This document shows, one piece after another, positions 41,681 to 51,168 of a stretch of DNA of 64,000 nt. Position numbers and translations under genes: made by a program. How positions within the stretch are numbered: the first letter of the stretch is position 1; each line of letters opens with the position of its first letter. Below the pieces are notes generated by a model. That model searched no databases. It saw only the letters and a list, made by a program, of their open reading frames with translations, and had not been told where the DNA came from. Source of the stretch: Pseudomonas phage BRkr. Where the stretch lies: sequence record LC765218.1. The stretch is one strand, 5' to 3'.

Positions 41681-42631
41681 CTATAGCTCTAGTTCTAGAA
41701 TTGGCATGAATGCAGCCGCGCTATTTACCAGAGTACTGGAAACGTTTATAAGCGCTGCACCTCTGACCAATATAGACTGGGTTTCACCTACGAATGTACG
41801 CGTCATGAAGATACCCGAACCAGGTGCGCCGCCCGTCATTACAACGTTCGTTGAAGTCGAGTTAACGCGTGTTTTAAGGTTAGGCTTATTGATGTTCGAT
41901 GCATATGCAATTAGACGATCCCATGTGAGGCCAAGTAGATCATTAAACTGATCATAGACAGCCTGTCCAGCAGCTATACTTGCGAGTGATCGTTCACCAG
42001 CAAATGTAGGCAGGCCAACTCTGTAACTATGATTCTTAATAATGACAGTCTTACCTTGTTCGGTTGGCGTACCAACTACAGTCTTAACAGGAGCAGGAAG
42101 ATCATCCCAATGGTCTCCGGACGTTGACCAAGCACAACCCGCATTATAGACATCGGCCCAACGTAGGTTATAAGCCACGTAGCGAATTGGCAGCATGAAA
42201 ATGCGCCCATCTACAACGAACTTATGCCAAATGAAATCCGTTACAGGTGGAATTCTAATATCAGTCAAAAGACTGAGTCCACAAAGATCTGTTATTTCAC
42301 CAGGTAATACAAAATCTGGAACCTCACCAAAATAACCTAATTCATAGTCTCCAGAACGAAGGGTATTTGGTCCGAAACCAGTGTAAGGCATGTTAGCAAG
42401 TGCAACCACTTTGGAATAGGTTACATCACCATTTTCAAAATTAGAACCGATGCAGTAATAGTAGACTTTATTTCTAATAGCTGTTGTATCATCGTATTCT
42501 TTGATGTTTCCTTGCACATTAACTAATACACTAGGTAATGTCGATTCATCGAATTTTGTTTCAGAACGAAAAATATCAAATGTGACTGCTTCGCGATCAT
42601 TGGTCAAACCCCATTGTACTTTAATACCCAT
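41681..42631 (-). CDS. paralog 3 of the tandem family (316 aa)
   Basis: YTGFGPNTL..GYFGEVP..WHKFVVDGRIF..VYNAG..ILELEL. Confidence 0.6.
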   Translation of the reverse strand: MGIKVQWGLTNDREAVTFDIFRSETKFDESTLPSVLVNVQGNIKEYDDTTAIRNKVYYYCIGSNFENGDVTYSKVVALANMPYTGFGPNTLRSGDYELGYFGEVPDFVLPGEITDLCGLSLLTDIRIPPVTDFIWHKFVVDGRIFMLPIRYVAYNLRWADVYNAGCAWSTSGDHWDDLPAPVKTVVGTPTEQGKTVIIKNHSYRVGLPTFAGERSLASIAAGQAVYDQFNDLLGLTWDRLIAYASNINKPNLKTRVNSTSTNVVMTGGAPGSGIFMTRTFVGETQSILVRGAALINVSSTLVNSAAAFMPILELEL

Positions 42632-42633
42632 TA

Positions 42634-43620
42634 TTACACCTCAAAGTCAACGAAGTTACCAGGGATAAGTTCCAGTACAGGGAACCAAATGTTTGAACTT
42701 GAGGTTCTACTTGTATGTTGAGGTACAAAAGCCGAAGCTTTCGTTGCACTCGTATTTCGCGAAATATATGCAAAAGCTTGAGTGGTTGGAGTATCTCGTG
42801 TTAGAATAGCTTTATTATTAACACGTGTAGCCTCATTATCACCGGTTACGTTAACTCGTTCCAATGTTTTATTAGCATAGAACTGACTAGTTATACCAGC
42901 TAAAAATAACTCGACGGTACCATTGCTGAGAGATGGGTCAGAATTACCTAATGCAGTCGCCGCGGATGACGATAGATCACTAACAGAATTAGGATCATCG
43001 TGATCAACTAGAACGGAAGGTAAAGATACCTCAAACTCAGATAGAGCAAAGTTAATTCGCTTGCCCTGAGGAACAGGAGTAGTCACACCAGGGACAGTGG
43101 ATGGTACTGCATTCCTACTGTACACTAGACCCGCATTATAGAGGTCCATCCAGTACAGATCACCAGTAGCGATGGAATATTCAGGTACATAGAAAGTCCG
43201 TCCTTTCCATGCGAATTTATGCCAACGTTGACCAGCATTATTAGCGGCGTTCCAGGACAAACCACAACGAGCGATTAGTTCACTGTCCGAAATAAATTCA
43301 ACAGTGGGAAGAGAACCGTAGTAACCATAATTGATGTTACCTGCAACTAAGCGCTGTGGACCAGGTCCAGTGAAAGGCACCGCATGGAACTGGAATACAC
43401 GAGATTTAGCTACATCCCCATCTTTCGATGATTCAAACATGTAGTAGTAAATAAGTCCATATGTAAGCCCTTCGTCAGCATAACCGTCAACGTCACCATT
43501 GACTTCTGCTATTGGTGTACCAGGGTTGTTTCTATCAATCATTGTTGCCGATCGATAAATTTTAATACTTACGGACGCGTCGTTTGGGTTTACCCAACGT
43601 AGATTGATTGTAAATGCCAT
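42634..43620 (-). CDS. paralog 2 of the tandem family (328 aa)
   Basis: FTGPGPQRL..GYYGSLP..WHKFAWKGRTF..LYNAG..VLELIP. Confidence 0.6.
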   Translation of the reverse strand: MAFTINLRWVNPNDASVSIKIYRSATMIDRNNPGTPIAEVNGDVDGYADEGLTYGLIYYYMFESSKDGDVAKSRVFQFHAVPFTGPGPQRLVAGNINYGYYGSLPTVEFISDSELIARCGLSWNAANNAGQRWHKFAWKGRTFYVPEYSIATGDLYWMDLYNAGLVYSRNAVPSTVPGVTTPVPQGKRINFALSEFEVSLPSVLVDHDDPNSVSDLSSSAATALGNSDPSLSNGTVELFLAGITSQFYANKTLERVNVTGDNEATRVNNKAILTRDTPTTQAFAYISRNTSATKASAFVPQHTSRTSSSNIWFPVLELIPGNFVDFEV

Positions 43621-43632
43621 GTTAAATCATCC

Positions 43633-44583
43633 TCATGTGAAACTAAAGCTATTAATTCTAACTTCAGCTGTTTTATCTATCTTTCGCGATATACTGTTCA
43701 AGTCGATAAGCGTTTCATCTTGTGGGGCATTGCTAATATAAGCAATACTTACAGGAGTTGGTAGTGAAGTAAGCTGAATAATAGGTTGAATTCCACCAGA
43801 GCTGATTTCTGTATTAGTTATAATACTAGCTTCGGCTAAATTACTGTAAGCATTAATAGTCGTTTCTATTGGTACTAGGTGATATTCATCTTTAGGAATC
43901 AGCTCTAATACCGGACGCCAAATACCATTATTCGTTGGGGCATTATTATTTACAGACGTGATACTTGTGTTGTAAAACTGATACATTGGGCGCTGGGCTG
44001 TATTTAATGCCTTTGTCCATGTACCGTTACCAAGACCGATAACACTTGTGGGTCTATTGTCCCAAGACCCATTAGTCACTCGTGTAAATACCTGACCAAG
44101 TTCACTTGTTGGGTCTTCATTATTAGTTGGAGTGAATGGGTTCTCAGTTAGATGACCCATACGGATTCTAAACTGCCAGCTCCCTTCATCGTCAGTAAAA
44201 TGATAGAACTTATCTTGAACGGTATTATATCCACTTGGAATATTTTGACCAATCGTGTTGTCTCCAAATACAAGGCCTTTATCGTAAAGAACCTTCCATG
44301 AGACGTTGGTCATGTAGATAGATAAAGGTGCAAAACAAACCTTACCCATCCAGAAATATTTAACCCATTGTTGATTAGCGAATGAACCTACAATAGAGTT
44401 GGTATAGTCGGCTATATCTGCTTGTTCGATAAACCGTTCACGAAAATAAATATCTTTCGAATCGACTAGACCGAAATACCCAAGTGTCTCATTACCCTTT
44501 ATTAGGAATTTACTTCCTGGTCCAGAAAATGGATACTCTATAGCTTGCTTCTTTTGACTCAATGATAACAGCACTTCAAACAT
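43633..44583 (-). CDS. paralog 1 of the tandem family (316 aa)
   Basis: FSGPGSKFL..GYFGLV..WVKYFWMGKVCF..LYDKG..VLELIP. Confidence 0.6.
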   Translation of the reverse strand: MFEVLLSLSQKKQAIEYPFSGPGSKFLIKGNETLGYFGLVDSKDIYFRERFIEQADIADYTNSIVGSFANQQWVKYFWMGKVCFAPLSIYMTNVSWKVLYDKGLVFGDNTIGQNIPSGYNTVQDKFYHFTDDEGSWQFRIRMGHLTENPFTPTNNEDPTSELGQVFTRVTNGSWDNRPTSVIGLGNGTWTKALNTAQRPMYQFYNTSITSVNNNAPTNNGIWRPVLELIPKDEYHLVPIETTINAYSNLAEASIITNTEISSGGIQPIIQLTSLPTPVSIAYISNAPQDETLIDLNSISRKIDKTAEVRINSFSFT

Positions 44584-44641
44584 ATTAGCACCTTTGCTGT
44601 TAAGGAAGAACTATATGATTGCCTAATAAAAATTATCTTAC

Positions 44642-44656
44642 ATCTATATTACCTAA
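44642..44656 (+). promoter_or_regulatory. promoter motif ATCTATATTACCTAA in the divergent region
   Basis: Identical core to the 2467 motif; followed by AAGGAG SD and ATG 44689. Confidence 0.45.
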
Positions 44657-44688
44657 GAGAACATCTTTTCAAAGAAAGGAGAATATCG

Positions 44689-45471
44689 ATGAATATTGCT
44701 GAAAAAGTAAATGAGCTTATTAAGGAACTAGACAATAACAAATTTTATCTCATTCAGTTCAACCAACGAGTTGATGGAGAGTGCCAACATTTCTATCTTT
44801 GTGATGATATGGCAGGAGCGAGGCTCGACCGAGACCATCGGAAAGCAACTCTATTTAACCCGGTAAAAGATGATATTAGTCTCTTCATTAACCTTGGATA
44901 CTGTTTAGTAACGACTCGTACGCATCAGAGTCTTATTAAGTCAGCCAATATGGATCACCCGGCCTGGGTTGGTGATTGGGACGTAGAGCTAGCTCCCTGT
45001 ATGGTCGAATATGATAATTCGCTCCGTTTAGGTTTCACCGTTAGTAAAGAGGGAGATGTTCAAGCCGGTTATGTTTTCCCACCCGTTCATGTGACGGAAG
45101 AGAAACCTATAATCGTTCATGATAAGGAATCCATGGATTCCATCGTTGAAGAACAGCTTAATGCTCGGGTAACTCCAGATTTCTTTGATGGATTCGATAT
45201 TCTGTCTGTCCAAGATATCTTAACCTTGCTGCGTACTTTCAAATGGCAGAATGCTGATAAGGTTAAATGTGCTGGCCAACATGCAGTTCGACAAAAGAAA
45301 GATATGTTGATTTACGAATTCGGCATCAACGGAGTTATCCATATTGATATCTTGAATGAACTATACAGCGTTCTGAAAGAACAAGGTTGGACTGGTGCGT
45401 CTACTGCTGTATCAGGTATGGCCTCTGGTTCTTGGACCCGTCTCATGTTACATCGAAAGGTAGCTGTATGA
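44689..45471 (+). CDS. hypothetical protein (260 aa)
   Basis: AAAGGAGAATATCGATG. Confidence 0.5.
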   Translation: MNIAEKVNELIKELDNNKFYLIQFNQRVDGECQHFYLCDDMAGARLDRDHRKATLFNPVKDDISLFINLGYCLVTTRTHQSLIKSANMDHPAWVGDWDVELAPCMVEYDNSLRLGFTVSKEGDVQAGYVFPPVHVTEEKPIIVHDKESMDSIVEEQLNARVTPDFFDGFDILSVQDILTLLRTFKWQNADKVKCAGQHAVRQKKDMLIYEFGINGVIHIDILNELYSVLKEQGWTGASTAVSGMASGSWTRLMLHRKVAV

Positions 45472-45884
45472 GGAGAGTAAAATTCTATTCACGGTTAGCT
45501 GCACAGGCATTGACTGACGAAAGCTACATTATTTCTATTCGCTGTCCCGAACAAGACGTAAAATTTGTACGCGAACACAAAGCTGTATTGGTTCTTGTTT
45601 TCGATGATATTGAAGATTATGTAGATAATCGTTATCAAATGTTTGACTACGTGCATGCTGATAAGATTCTTACATTCATCGATAAGATTCCAGATGGCGA
45701 AACGTTAATCGTTCACTGCGAGGCTGGCGTATCACGTAGTGCAGCTGTGGCTAAGTTTCTTCAGGGTATTGGCTGGGAAATCAAGAAAGATCGTTTTTGT
45801 AATGGTAAATTAGACATGGCTAATGGTCGAGTCTACGGTATGCTTCGTACTGTACATTATAGCCGTTCCAAAAATGAAGCTTAA
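45468..45884 (+). CDS. protein-tyrosine / dual-specificity phosphatase (138 aa)
   Basis: CX5R P-loop VHCEAGVSRSAAV; ATGA overlap with the upstream gene. Confidence 0.7.
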   Translation: MRRVKFYSRLAAQALTDESYIISIRCPEQDVKFVREHKAVLVLVFDDIEDYVDNRYQMFDYVHADKILTFIDKIPDGETLIVHCEAGVSRSAAVAKFLQGIGWEIKKDRFCNGKLDMANGRVYGMLRTVHYSRSKNEA

Positions 45885-45913
45885 CGATATGTCTATTCAA
45901 AAGAAGGTGTAAC

Positions 45914-46273
45914 ATGGCATTCCCAACATTTGATGAACTTGTCGATATCATCAAAGCTGATGATGTTGACTCCACAGCAGTCGTAGCTGCATTAGAAGCC
46001 GACATGGCAGATGCTGATAAAGTTAAAGCTGGTCATCGCCTGGTCAATGGAACTAGTACTTTTCAGTTCCACGTCCTTGGTCACATTACTGATTCCGACG
46101 TAATCACCAAACTTATTAAAGATCTGGGTGAAGCTGGTTTCATTATTAAAGACCTCAGTAGTATTACTGGTCGCATGCCACCTAATAGCCAGGACCGAAT
46201 CTTCAATGTTGAAGGTGAAGGTAATTCCTCTACAAAGTGGTCTCGTCTGGTAGTCGCTAAGAAACCTGACTAA
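45914..46273 (+). CDS. hypothetical protein (119 aa)
   Basis: GAAGGTGTAACATG. Confidence 0.5.
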   Translation: MAFPTFDELVDIIKADDVDSTAVVAALEADMADADKVKAGHRLVNGTSTFQFHVLGHITDSDVITKLIKDLGEAGFIIKDLSSITGRMPPNSQDRIFNVEGEGNSSTKWSRLVVAKKPD

Positions 46274-46279
46274 CATACT

Positions 46280-46300
46280 GCTCCCTTCGGGGAGCTTTAT
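46280..46300 (+). terminator. terminator gctccc-ttcg-gggagc + TTTATGCC
   Basis: Canonical. Confidence 0.65.
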
Positions 46301-46327
46301 GCCATCTCTCATTAAAAGGAAAATCAA

Positions 46328-47428
46328 ATGTCTTATCGTGGCCCTAAACTTAATCCTAACCAGCAATATTGGATTGAGCGTTATGTTGAACTAGCTCTGC
46401 GAGCTGGTCAAGCCGGTTCCCCTTGGAAAGTACACCACTATATTCTCAATGAAAAGGGTCTCAATACAGATAGCGAGAAGCTCCGCATCTATTATCCTTT
46501 TGGCGTTGATCGTGAAGAGTATATTAAAGAACGGATTGTCGAGATTAAGAAGAATGTCATTGAGACATTTAACCTTACTGCTTTTTCTATTAGTGGTGGT
46601 TGGGCGCTGCTTGATGCAGAAGGTATCCTCGGTTTCCTTATTGAGGGAATGGAAGGTTCAACTAGCCATGGCTTCACCATTTACTCCACTGAAGAATTTG
46701 CTCAGAAGTTCAAGGAACGTTTTGAGTCTGTATTCGATCAGACCAGACCTCCGAGCATCAAGCGCATTCGATTGAATCGTCAGAAGGATGAACTCTATGC
46801 ATGGAGTGAGGTAATTGCTACGCGTGAATACAATGATAAGCTGATGGCAATGTATCCGTTCCTGACTCGTTCCCCAGCTGAAACTTGGGAGGCATTCGCA
46901 GCATCCGATTCTAATATCCTCCTGTTGATTGGGCCGCCTGGCACGGGTAAGTCTACGTTCATTAACGAAATGGTTCGTGCACGTGGTTATGACGACCGTA
47001 ACGTATACTTGGCAGACCAAGACTCCGTACTGAGTCATGGTGATCTCACCAGCTTTATTCGTGGTGTCGAGGATAACTCGCTGATCATTACTGAAGACTC
47101 TGATAAGATGGTTGCCAAACGCGAGGATGGTAACAGTAATATGGCAGGGCTGTTGAATGCGACTGCTGGACTTGTGTCTACCAAAACCAAGATCATCATC
47201 TCTACTAATCTCCCAACTCTTCGTGATGTTGACGAGGCTCTAGTTCGTCCTGGACGTGCTTTCGATATCCTCACCTTTAAGACCCTTACGGCTGAACAAG
47301 CAAACGATGCTCGTATTGCTAACGGTCTTGAGCCTGTGGATTTCGTTGGTAATAACTTCACTCTGGCTGAAGCATTGAACACTGATGCAGCTAGTTCTCC
47401 CCGTAAAGCAAACCGTATTGGTTTCTAA
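46328..47428 (+). CDS. classical AAA ATPase (366 aa) with a ~190-aa N-terminal domain
   Basis: Walker A IGPPGTGKST; second region of homology ALVRPGRAFD (AAA RPGRFD). Confidence 0.65.
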   Translation: MSYRGPKLNPNQQYWIERYVELALRAGQAGSPWKVHHYILNEKGLNTDSEKLRIYYPFGVDREEYIKERIVEIKKNVIETFNLTAFSISGGWALLDAEGILGFLIEGMEGSTSHGFTIYSTEEFAQKFKERFESVFDQTRPPSIKRIRLNRQKDELYAWSEVIATREYNDKLMAMYPFLTRSPAETWEAFAASDSNILLLIGPPGTGKSTFINEMVRARGYDDRNVYLADQDSVLSHGDLTSFIRGVEDNSLIITEDSDKMVAKREDGNSNMAGLLNATAGLVSTKTKIIISTNLPTLRDVDEALVRPGRAFDILTFKTLTAEQANDARIANGLEPVDFVGNNFTLAEALNTDAASSPRKANRIGF

Positions 47429-47437
47429 GGAAAAAGA

Positions 47438-47902
47438 ATGGCACATTCAGAAGCGTTTGAAGACGCTTGGGATCAAGTGAAAGCAGCGGTAGGTGCTGTC
47501 CCTATCGAACATCGAATAAAGATCATTGAAGCAGCTGTACGCAAGCATAAAGAAACTCTCCGTGAGCGCTGCTGGATCGAAGATGATGAAGATGGTTTCA
47601 CTGGATGGCGTTGGGATAAATATAATAAGACCCGCTACATTGTCTGTGCAGCTAACCGTTACAAAGACTACATTGTAACGGGTTCTCGCCATTACTGTGT
47701 ATCCATGAATGCGCAGATCGATCTTATCGGTATGGACGCACTCAGAGCTTATGCAGCCGATGACTATGAGCAAGGCTTCATTGATCAATACGGTGTATTC
47801 TGGTCTCGGAGTGATGCCCTGGAACACGTGAAGAAAACTGGCCAATTGCGTTACCCTGAACATTGCACACGAGATGAGCTTTTCTCGGAAGGTTTGTACT
47901 AA
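47438..47902 (+). CDS. hypothetical protein (154 aa)
   Basis: GGAAAAAGAATG. Confidence 0.5.
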   Translation: MAHSEAFEDAWDQVKAAVGAVPIEHRIKIIEAAVRKHKETLRERCWIEDDEDGFTGWRWDKYNKTRYIVCAANRYKDYIVTGSRHYCVSMNAQIDLIGMDALRAYAADDYEQGFIDQYGVFWSRSDALEHVKKTGQLRYPEHCTRDELFSEGLY

Positions 47903-48216
47903 TGCTCGTTGAAACTATCGACCTTATAGAAATCGTAAAGTCTTCTAATAAGAAAACCGTTGAATTGCGTGATGCAATCGTAGGAGTACTGCGTGATCTA
48001 CTCTATGAAACCTCTAGCCTTAGAACTCGACTTAGATGTCAGTCAAAGAGAGAGGCTCCTTGGGTTCGTAAATACATTGCTAAGCGTACTGCATACAGAC
48101 ATCGACCTTTCCATTTGTCTGTACAGAGGGAAAACGGAATTACAGTTAGAGGCAGTTCATACAAACGTCGCTATATTGAAGGAACACTTCCGTTCCGCAC
48201 TAGAAGGGGCTACTAA
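47902..48216 (+). CDS. hypothetical Arg-rich basic protein (104 aa)
   Basis: ATG overlapping the upstream stop. Confidence 0.4.
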   Translation: MLVETIDLIEIVKSSNKKTVELRDAIVGVLRDLLYETSSLRTRLRCQSKREAPWVRKYIAKRTAYRHRPFHLSVQRENGITVRGSSYKRRYIEGTLPFRTRRGY

Positions 48217-48638
48217 TGTCGAAAAAGAAACAACGTCAACTCGTTACTGTCACCCTCAATGGCTTGGATATTGAGCTTAAAGATGTAGAGATCAAAAACA
48301 TTGGTCGTGGTAAAGGTGACATGTTTGTTCATCTGGAAGAACGTAATGAACGTTGGACGATCATTCACACAGATAGTCCGGTACAGAATGAAATGGGTGA
48401 TGAGCTAACCATTGAATTCAAACGTGGCGGGGATTTCCTTTTCCTGGAAGCTATTAATCCATCTGGACAGGGCTATGGTTTCGCTATTTCAAAAGCAGCT
48501 AAAATCGTTTCTGCTGGAGCGCCTAAGTTCTTGCATATTGATCAGCTGCCAGACGGATTCGAATACCGTATGAACTGGAGTGGGAATTTCTTTGATGAAT
48601 CTCGCTGCATTCAATCGATCGTAATTAAAAAGCAATGA
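48216..48638 (+). CDS. hypothetical protein (140 aa)
   Basis: ATG overlapping the upstream stop. Confidence 0.5.
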   Translation: MSKKKQRQLVTVTLNGLDIELKDVEIKNIGRGKGDMFVHLEERNERWTIIHTDSPVQNEMGDELTIEFKRGGDFLFLEAINPSGQGYGFAISKAAKIVSAGAPKFLHIDQLPDGFEYRMNWSGNFFDESRCIQSIVIKKQ

Positions 48639-48709
48639 GGTCCTAACATGCCTATCTACAACCAAGTGTTTCCTGGCTTTATTAACATAGAGCCAAAGGA
48701 GGCACTCTC

Positions 48710-48871
48710 ATGTCGCGTAGCAATCATTCCAAACACCAGTCCGCCAAAGAGTTCTGGAGCCGTCGTCCAATGCGCTATTTCACTTCCTGTAAATGGGCTA
48801 AAGTGAAATGCCATCGGATCGAACGAGCACAAGCCCGTAATCTGGTTAGGAAAGAAGTGGACAAGCTGTAA
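48710..48871 (+). CDS. small basic protein (53 aa), not in the ORF table
   Basis: Strong SD AAAGGAGG 7 nt before ATG; MSRSNHSKHQSAKEFWSRRPMRYFTSCKWAKVKCHRIERAQARNLVRKEVDKL; terminator follows. Confidence 0.45.
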   Translation: MSRSNHSKHQSAKEFWSRRPMRYFTSCKWAKVKCHRIERAQARNLVRKEVDKL

Positions 48872-48879
48872 CTAGAAAA

Positions 48880-48910
48880 GGGAGCTTCGGCTCCCCTTTT
48901 TATTTCTTTT
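48880..48910 (+). terminator. terminator gggagc-ttcg-gctccc + T-rich run
   Basis: Canonical. Confidence 0.65.
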
Positions 48911-49659
48911 TGGAAATAGCGATGAACCCATTGATCTTATTCTCGGGTGGATTAGATTCCACTTACATGCTTCAGCAGTATCTTCAAAAAGGTTCGGTGG
49001 ATGTCATGTACATCAATGCTGGTCAAGACGAAGAAAAGATGAAGTTAGAACTCAGGCAACGACAAGTAATCCTTGAAAAGTTTTCTGAGTTCTACCCTTA
49101 CAAAGTACAAGCGCAATATGAACGTCTGAAAAGTACCCAGTTACAAGGTGATAATACCAAATGGTCACAAGTTGCACCGTGGTTATTTGGGGCGCTAGCT
49201 ATAGCTGATTCGGCTCGACATAGCAAGTTGATGATAGGGTATGTCAGTGATGATGGTGCCTACTTCGGATCACATCTACGGTACATCGAAGACGCTTGGT
49301 ATAATCTACAAAAGGTATCTTGCGTTAATGATCCTATTCCAATTGAGTTCCCTTTACTCGGCATGACGAAGGTCGATATTCTTCGTGATCTAGATAAGAG
49401 AGTACTGAACGACATTTGGATATGTGAGACACCTACTAATGAAAAACATTGTGGCAAATGTAAGCCGTGTGTAACCATGACTCGTGTTCTTAGCGATTAC
49501 AAAATTCGACATAAGGAAACTGTATTTGCTACAGCTCGCAGAGCACTGATTCCACATAAGTTTCCAGTGGATAGATACCCAGGTCCGATGGATAAAGATC
49601 ACAACCATTATGTCTTTAACATGGCTGGTCCAGATTACTACAAAATCCCGAGGCACTGA
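48910..49659 (+). CDS. queC: QueC-like PP-loop ATPase (7-cyano-7-deazaguanine synthase family)
   Basis: PP-loop LILFSGGLDSTYML near the N-terminus; C-terminal zinc motif ICETPTNEKHCGKCKPC matches the QueC SCY...CGxCxxC pattern; alternative start at ATG 48922. Confidence 0.7.
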   Translation: MEIAMNPLILFSGGLDSTYMLQQYLQKGSVDVMYINAGQDEEKMKLELRQRQVILEKFSEFYPYKVQAQYERLKSTQLQGDNTKWSQVAPWLFGALAIADSARHSKLMIGYVSDDGAYFGSHLRYIEDAWYNLQKVSCVNDPIPIEFPLLGMTKVDILRDLDKRVLNDIWICETPTNEKHCGKCKPCVTMTRVLSDYKIRHKETVFATARRALIPHKFPVDRYPGPMDKDHNHYVFNMAGPDYYKIPRH

Positions 49660-49660
49660 A

Positions 49661-50137
49661 ATGACAGACAAGAACAAAGACGAATCTATTATTGTACTTA
49701 GTGCGAATGCATTCGAAGAACTGATGGCGTATGCGAGGATAGGCTGTGAAGAAGCTGGTTGCCCTGAGAAAGCAAACTCTCTGCACAAGCATGCACGTAA
49801 GCGCAACACTTGGTTGCGTGATAAACACATGCAAGATACTCAAGAGGCTCGTCGTAACTATGCTAACCTGAAACAACAGGTCAAGCAGTTCGTTGGTGCT
49901 CATGGCGGCACTACTGTTTACATGCGTTATGACGAATTCGTCGTTATCCCGGTTAAGGTACTTGCTGTCTATCTTCCCAACCGAGTTAAGATCCGTGTCA
50001 AAGAACATGGTTTCAATGGCGGCGAGAAATTGGTTGATCTGAGCCAATTGACTATCACCAAACCGGCAGGCACATGGACACCGATGGAACTTGCCCAGCT
50101 TCAATGGGATTCATCGAAGAGTCGCTATCGTGGCTAG
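49661..50137 (+). CDS. hypothetical protein (158 aa)
   Basis: GAGG SD; starts 2 nt after the queC-like stop. Confidence 0.5.
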   Translation: MTDKNKDESIIVLSANAFEELMAYARIGCEEAGCPEKANSLHKHARKRNTWLRDKHMQDTQEARRNYANLKQQVKQFVGAHGGTTVYMRYDEFVVIPVKVLAVYLPNRVKIRVKEHGFNGGEKLVDLSQLTITKPAGTWTPMELAQLQWDSSKSRYRG

Positions 50138-50144
50138 GGGATAC

Positions 50145-50783
50145 ATGGCAATCGTAGGTTCTCGTAACGTACCCGAATGGATCCTTGAGGTAATGATCCG
50201 TCTTGGTCGTACACTCACGGACTACGGTTGGGCTATTAGTTCAGGCGACGCCTATGATTCTGATCGGGCTGGTTGGTATGGTGCAAAGCAGTCGCGTAAG
50301 TATGGTGAGGTAGGCGCTAGGATCTATCTCGCTAGTGGTACAGGTAGAAGCTTCTATCGTATTCGTGATAATGCTTTCTTTATGGATGCGTCTCAGTTCA
50401 CTGATACATGGGCTACAGCTGAAAGTATGGCTGCTTGTGCTCGTGGTAGTTTTGGTGGGTTGAACGATTACGGTAAAGCTCTCCATACTCGGAACGTCTT
50501 CCAGATCCATGGTCATACTCTCGATGAGTTGGTCACTGGTATTTTCTATTATGCCGTCCCTAAGGGGAAACGTGAGAATGAAGTGGTGAACGGTGGTACT
50601 AATACAGCAGTTCGCTTAAGTGTTAATGCTGGTGTTCCTATCCGTAAGAACCTGTACTACGATGATGACTTAAAATGGGTCATCAAGTTCCTAGATAAAT
50701 ACGAGCTTGATTATCCATACGAGCCGATTGACTGGACAGCTATCCATCATCCACAAGACCCGAGGATACTTGATTTTGAATAA
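50145..50783 (+). CDS. DprA/Smf-like Rossmann-fold protein (212 aa)
   Basis: AIVGSRNVPEW...GWAISSGDAYDSDRAGWYGA resembles DprA VAIVGSRNAS...VVSGLARGIDAAAHRGA; AGGGGA SD. Confidence 0.5.
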   Translation: MAIVGSRNVPEWILEVMIRLGRTLTDYGWAISSGDAYDSDRAGWYGAKQSRKYGEVGARIYLASGTGRSFYRIRDNAFFMDASQFTDTWATAESMAACARGSFGGLNDYGKALHTRNVFQIHGHTLDELVTGIFYYAVPKGKRENEVVNGGTNTAVRLSVNAGVPIRKNLYYDDDLKWVIKFLDKYELDYPYEPIDWTAIHHPQDPRILDFE

Positions 50784-51168
50784 ACAAATAAAAGGCGTCA
50801 TATTCAAGAATTCCCCTATTGATCCGATTGAGTTCGGCAAACAACTCAAACGTAACACAGGGGAAACATACAAACTGGAAAAAATCAAAGGTACTCTGAA
50901 TTCAGCTAATGCGTCAGTTCAATGGCAACATGTTCATCAACGCCCATTGGATGAACAGATGATTTTGGCTAATATTGAATTGACTATAATTGAAGAAATC
51001 TTACTGGGTAACGATGTAGAGGGTATGTATGAACGTTTGTTGCAACAAGCTATTTCGCTCGATGGGTCGGAACCGAAGAGCACTGTTTGTGGATGCTTCT
51101 CTTGTAGAAACGTTATCTTCGGAAAAAGAGCTCCCACCTATCAATTGGAGAAAAGCCGTGACAATTAA
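50770..51168 (+). CDS. hypothetical protein (TTG start; boundaries uncertain)
   Basis: No ATG near the 5' end of the frame; overlaps another candidate frame (51029..51337). Confidence 0.25.
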   Translation: MILNKQIKGVIFKNSPIDPIEFGKQLKRNTGETYKLEKIKGTLNSANASVQWQHVHQRPLDEQMILANIELTIIEEILLGNDVEGMYERLLQQAISLDGSEPKSTVCGCFSCRNVIFGKRAPTYQLEKSRDN

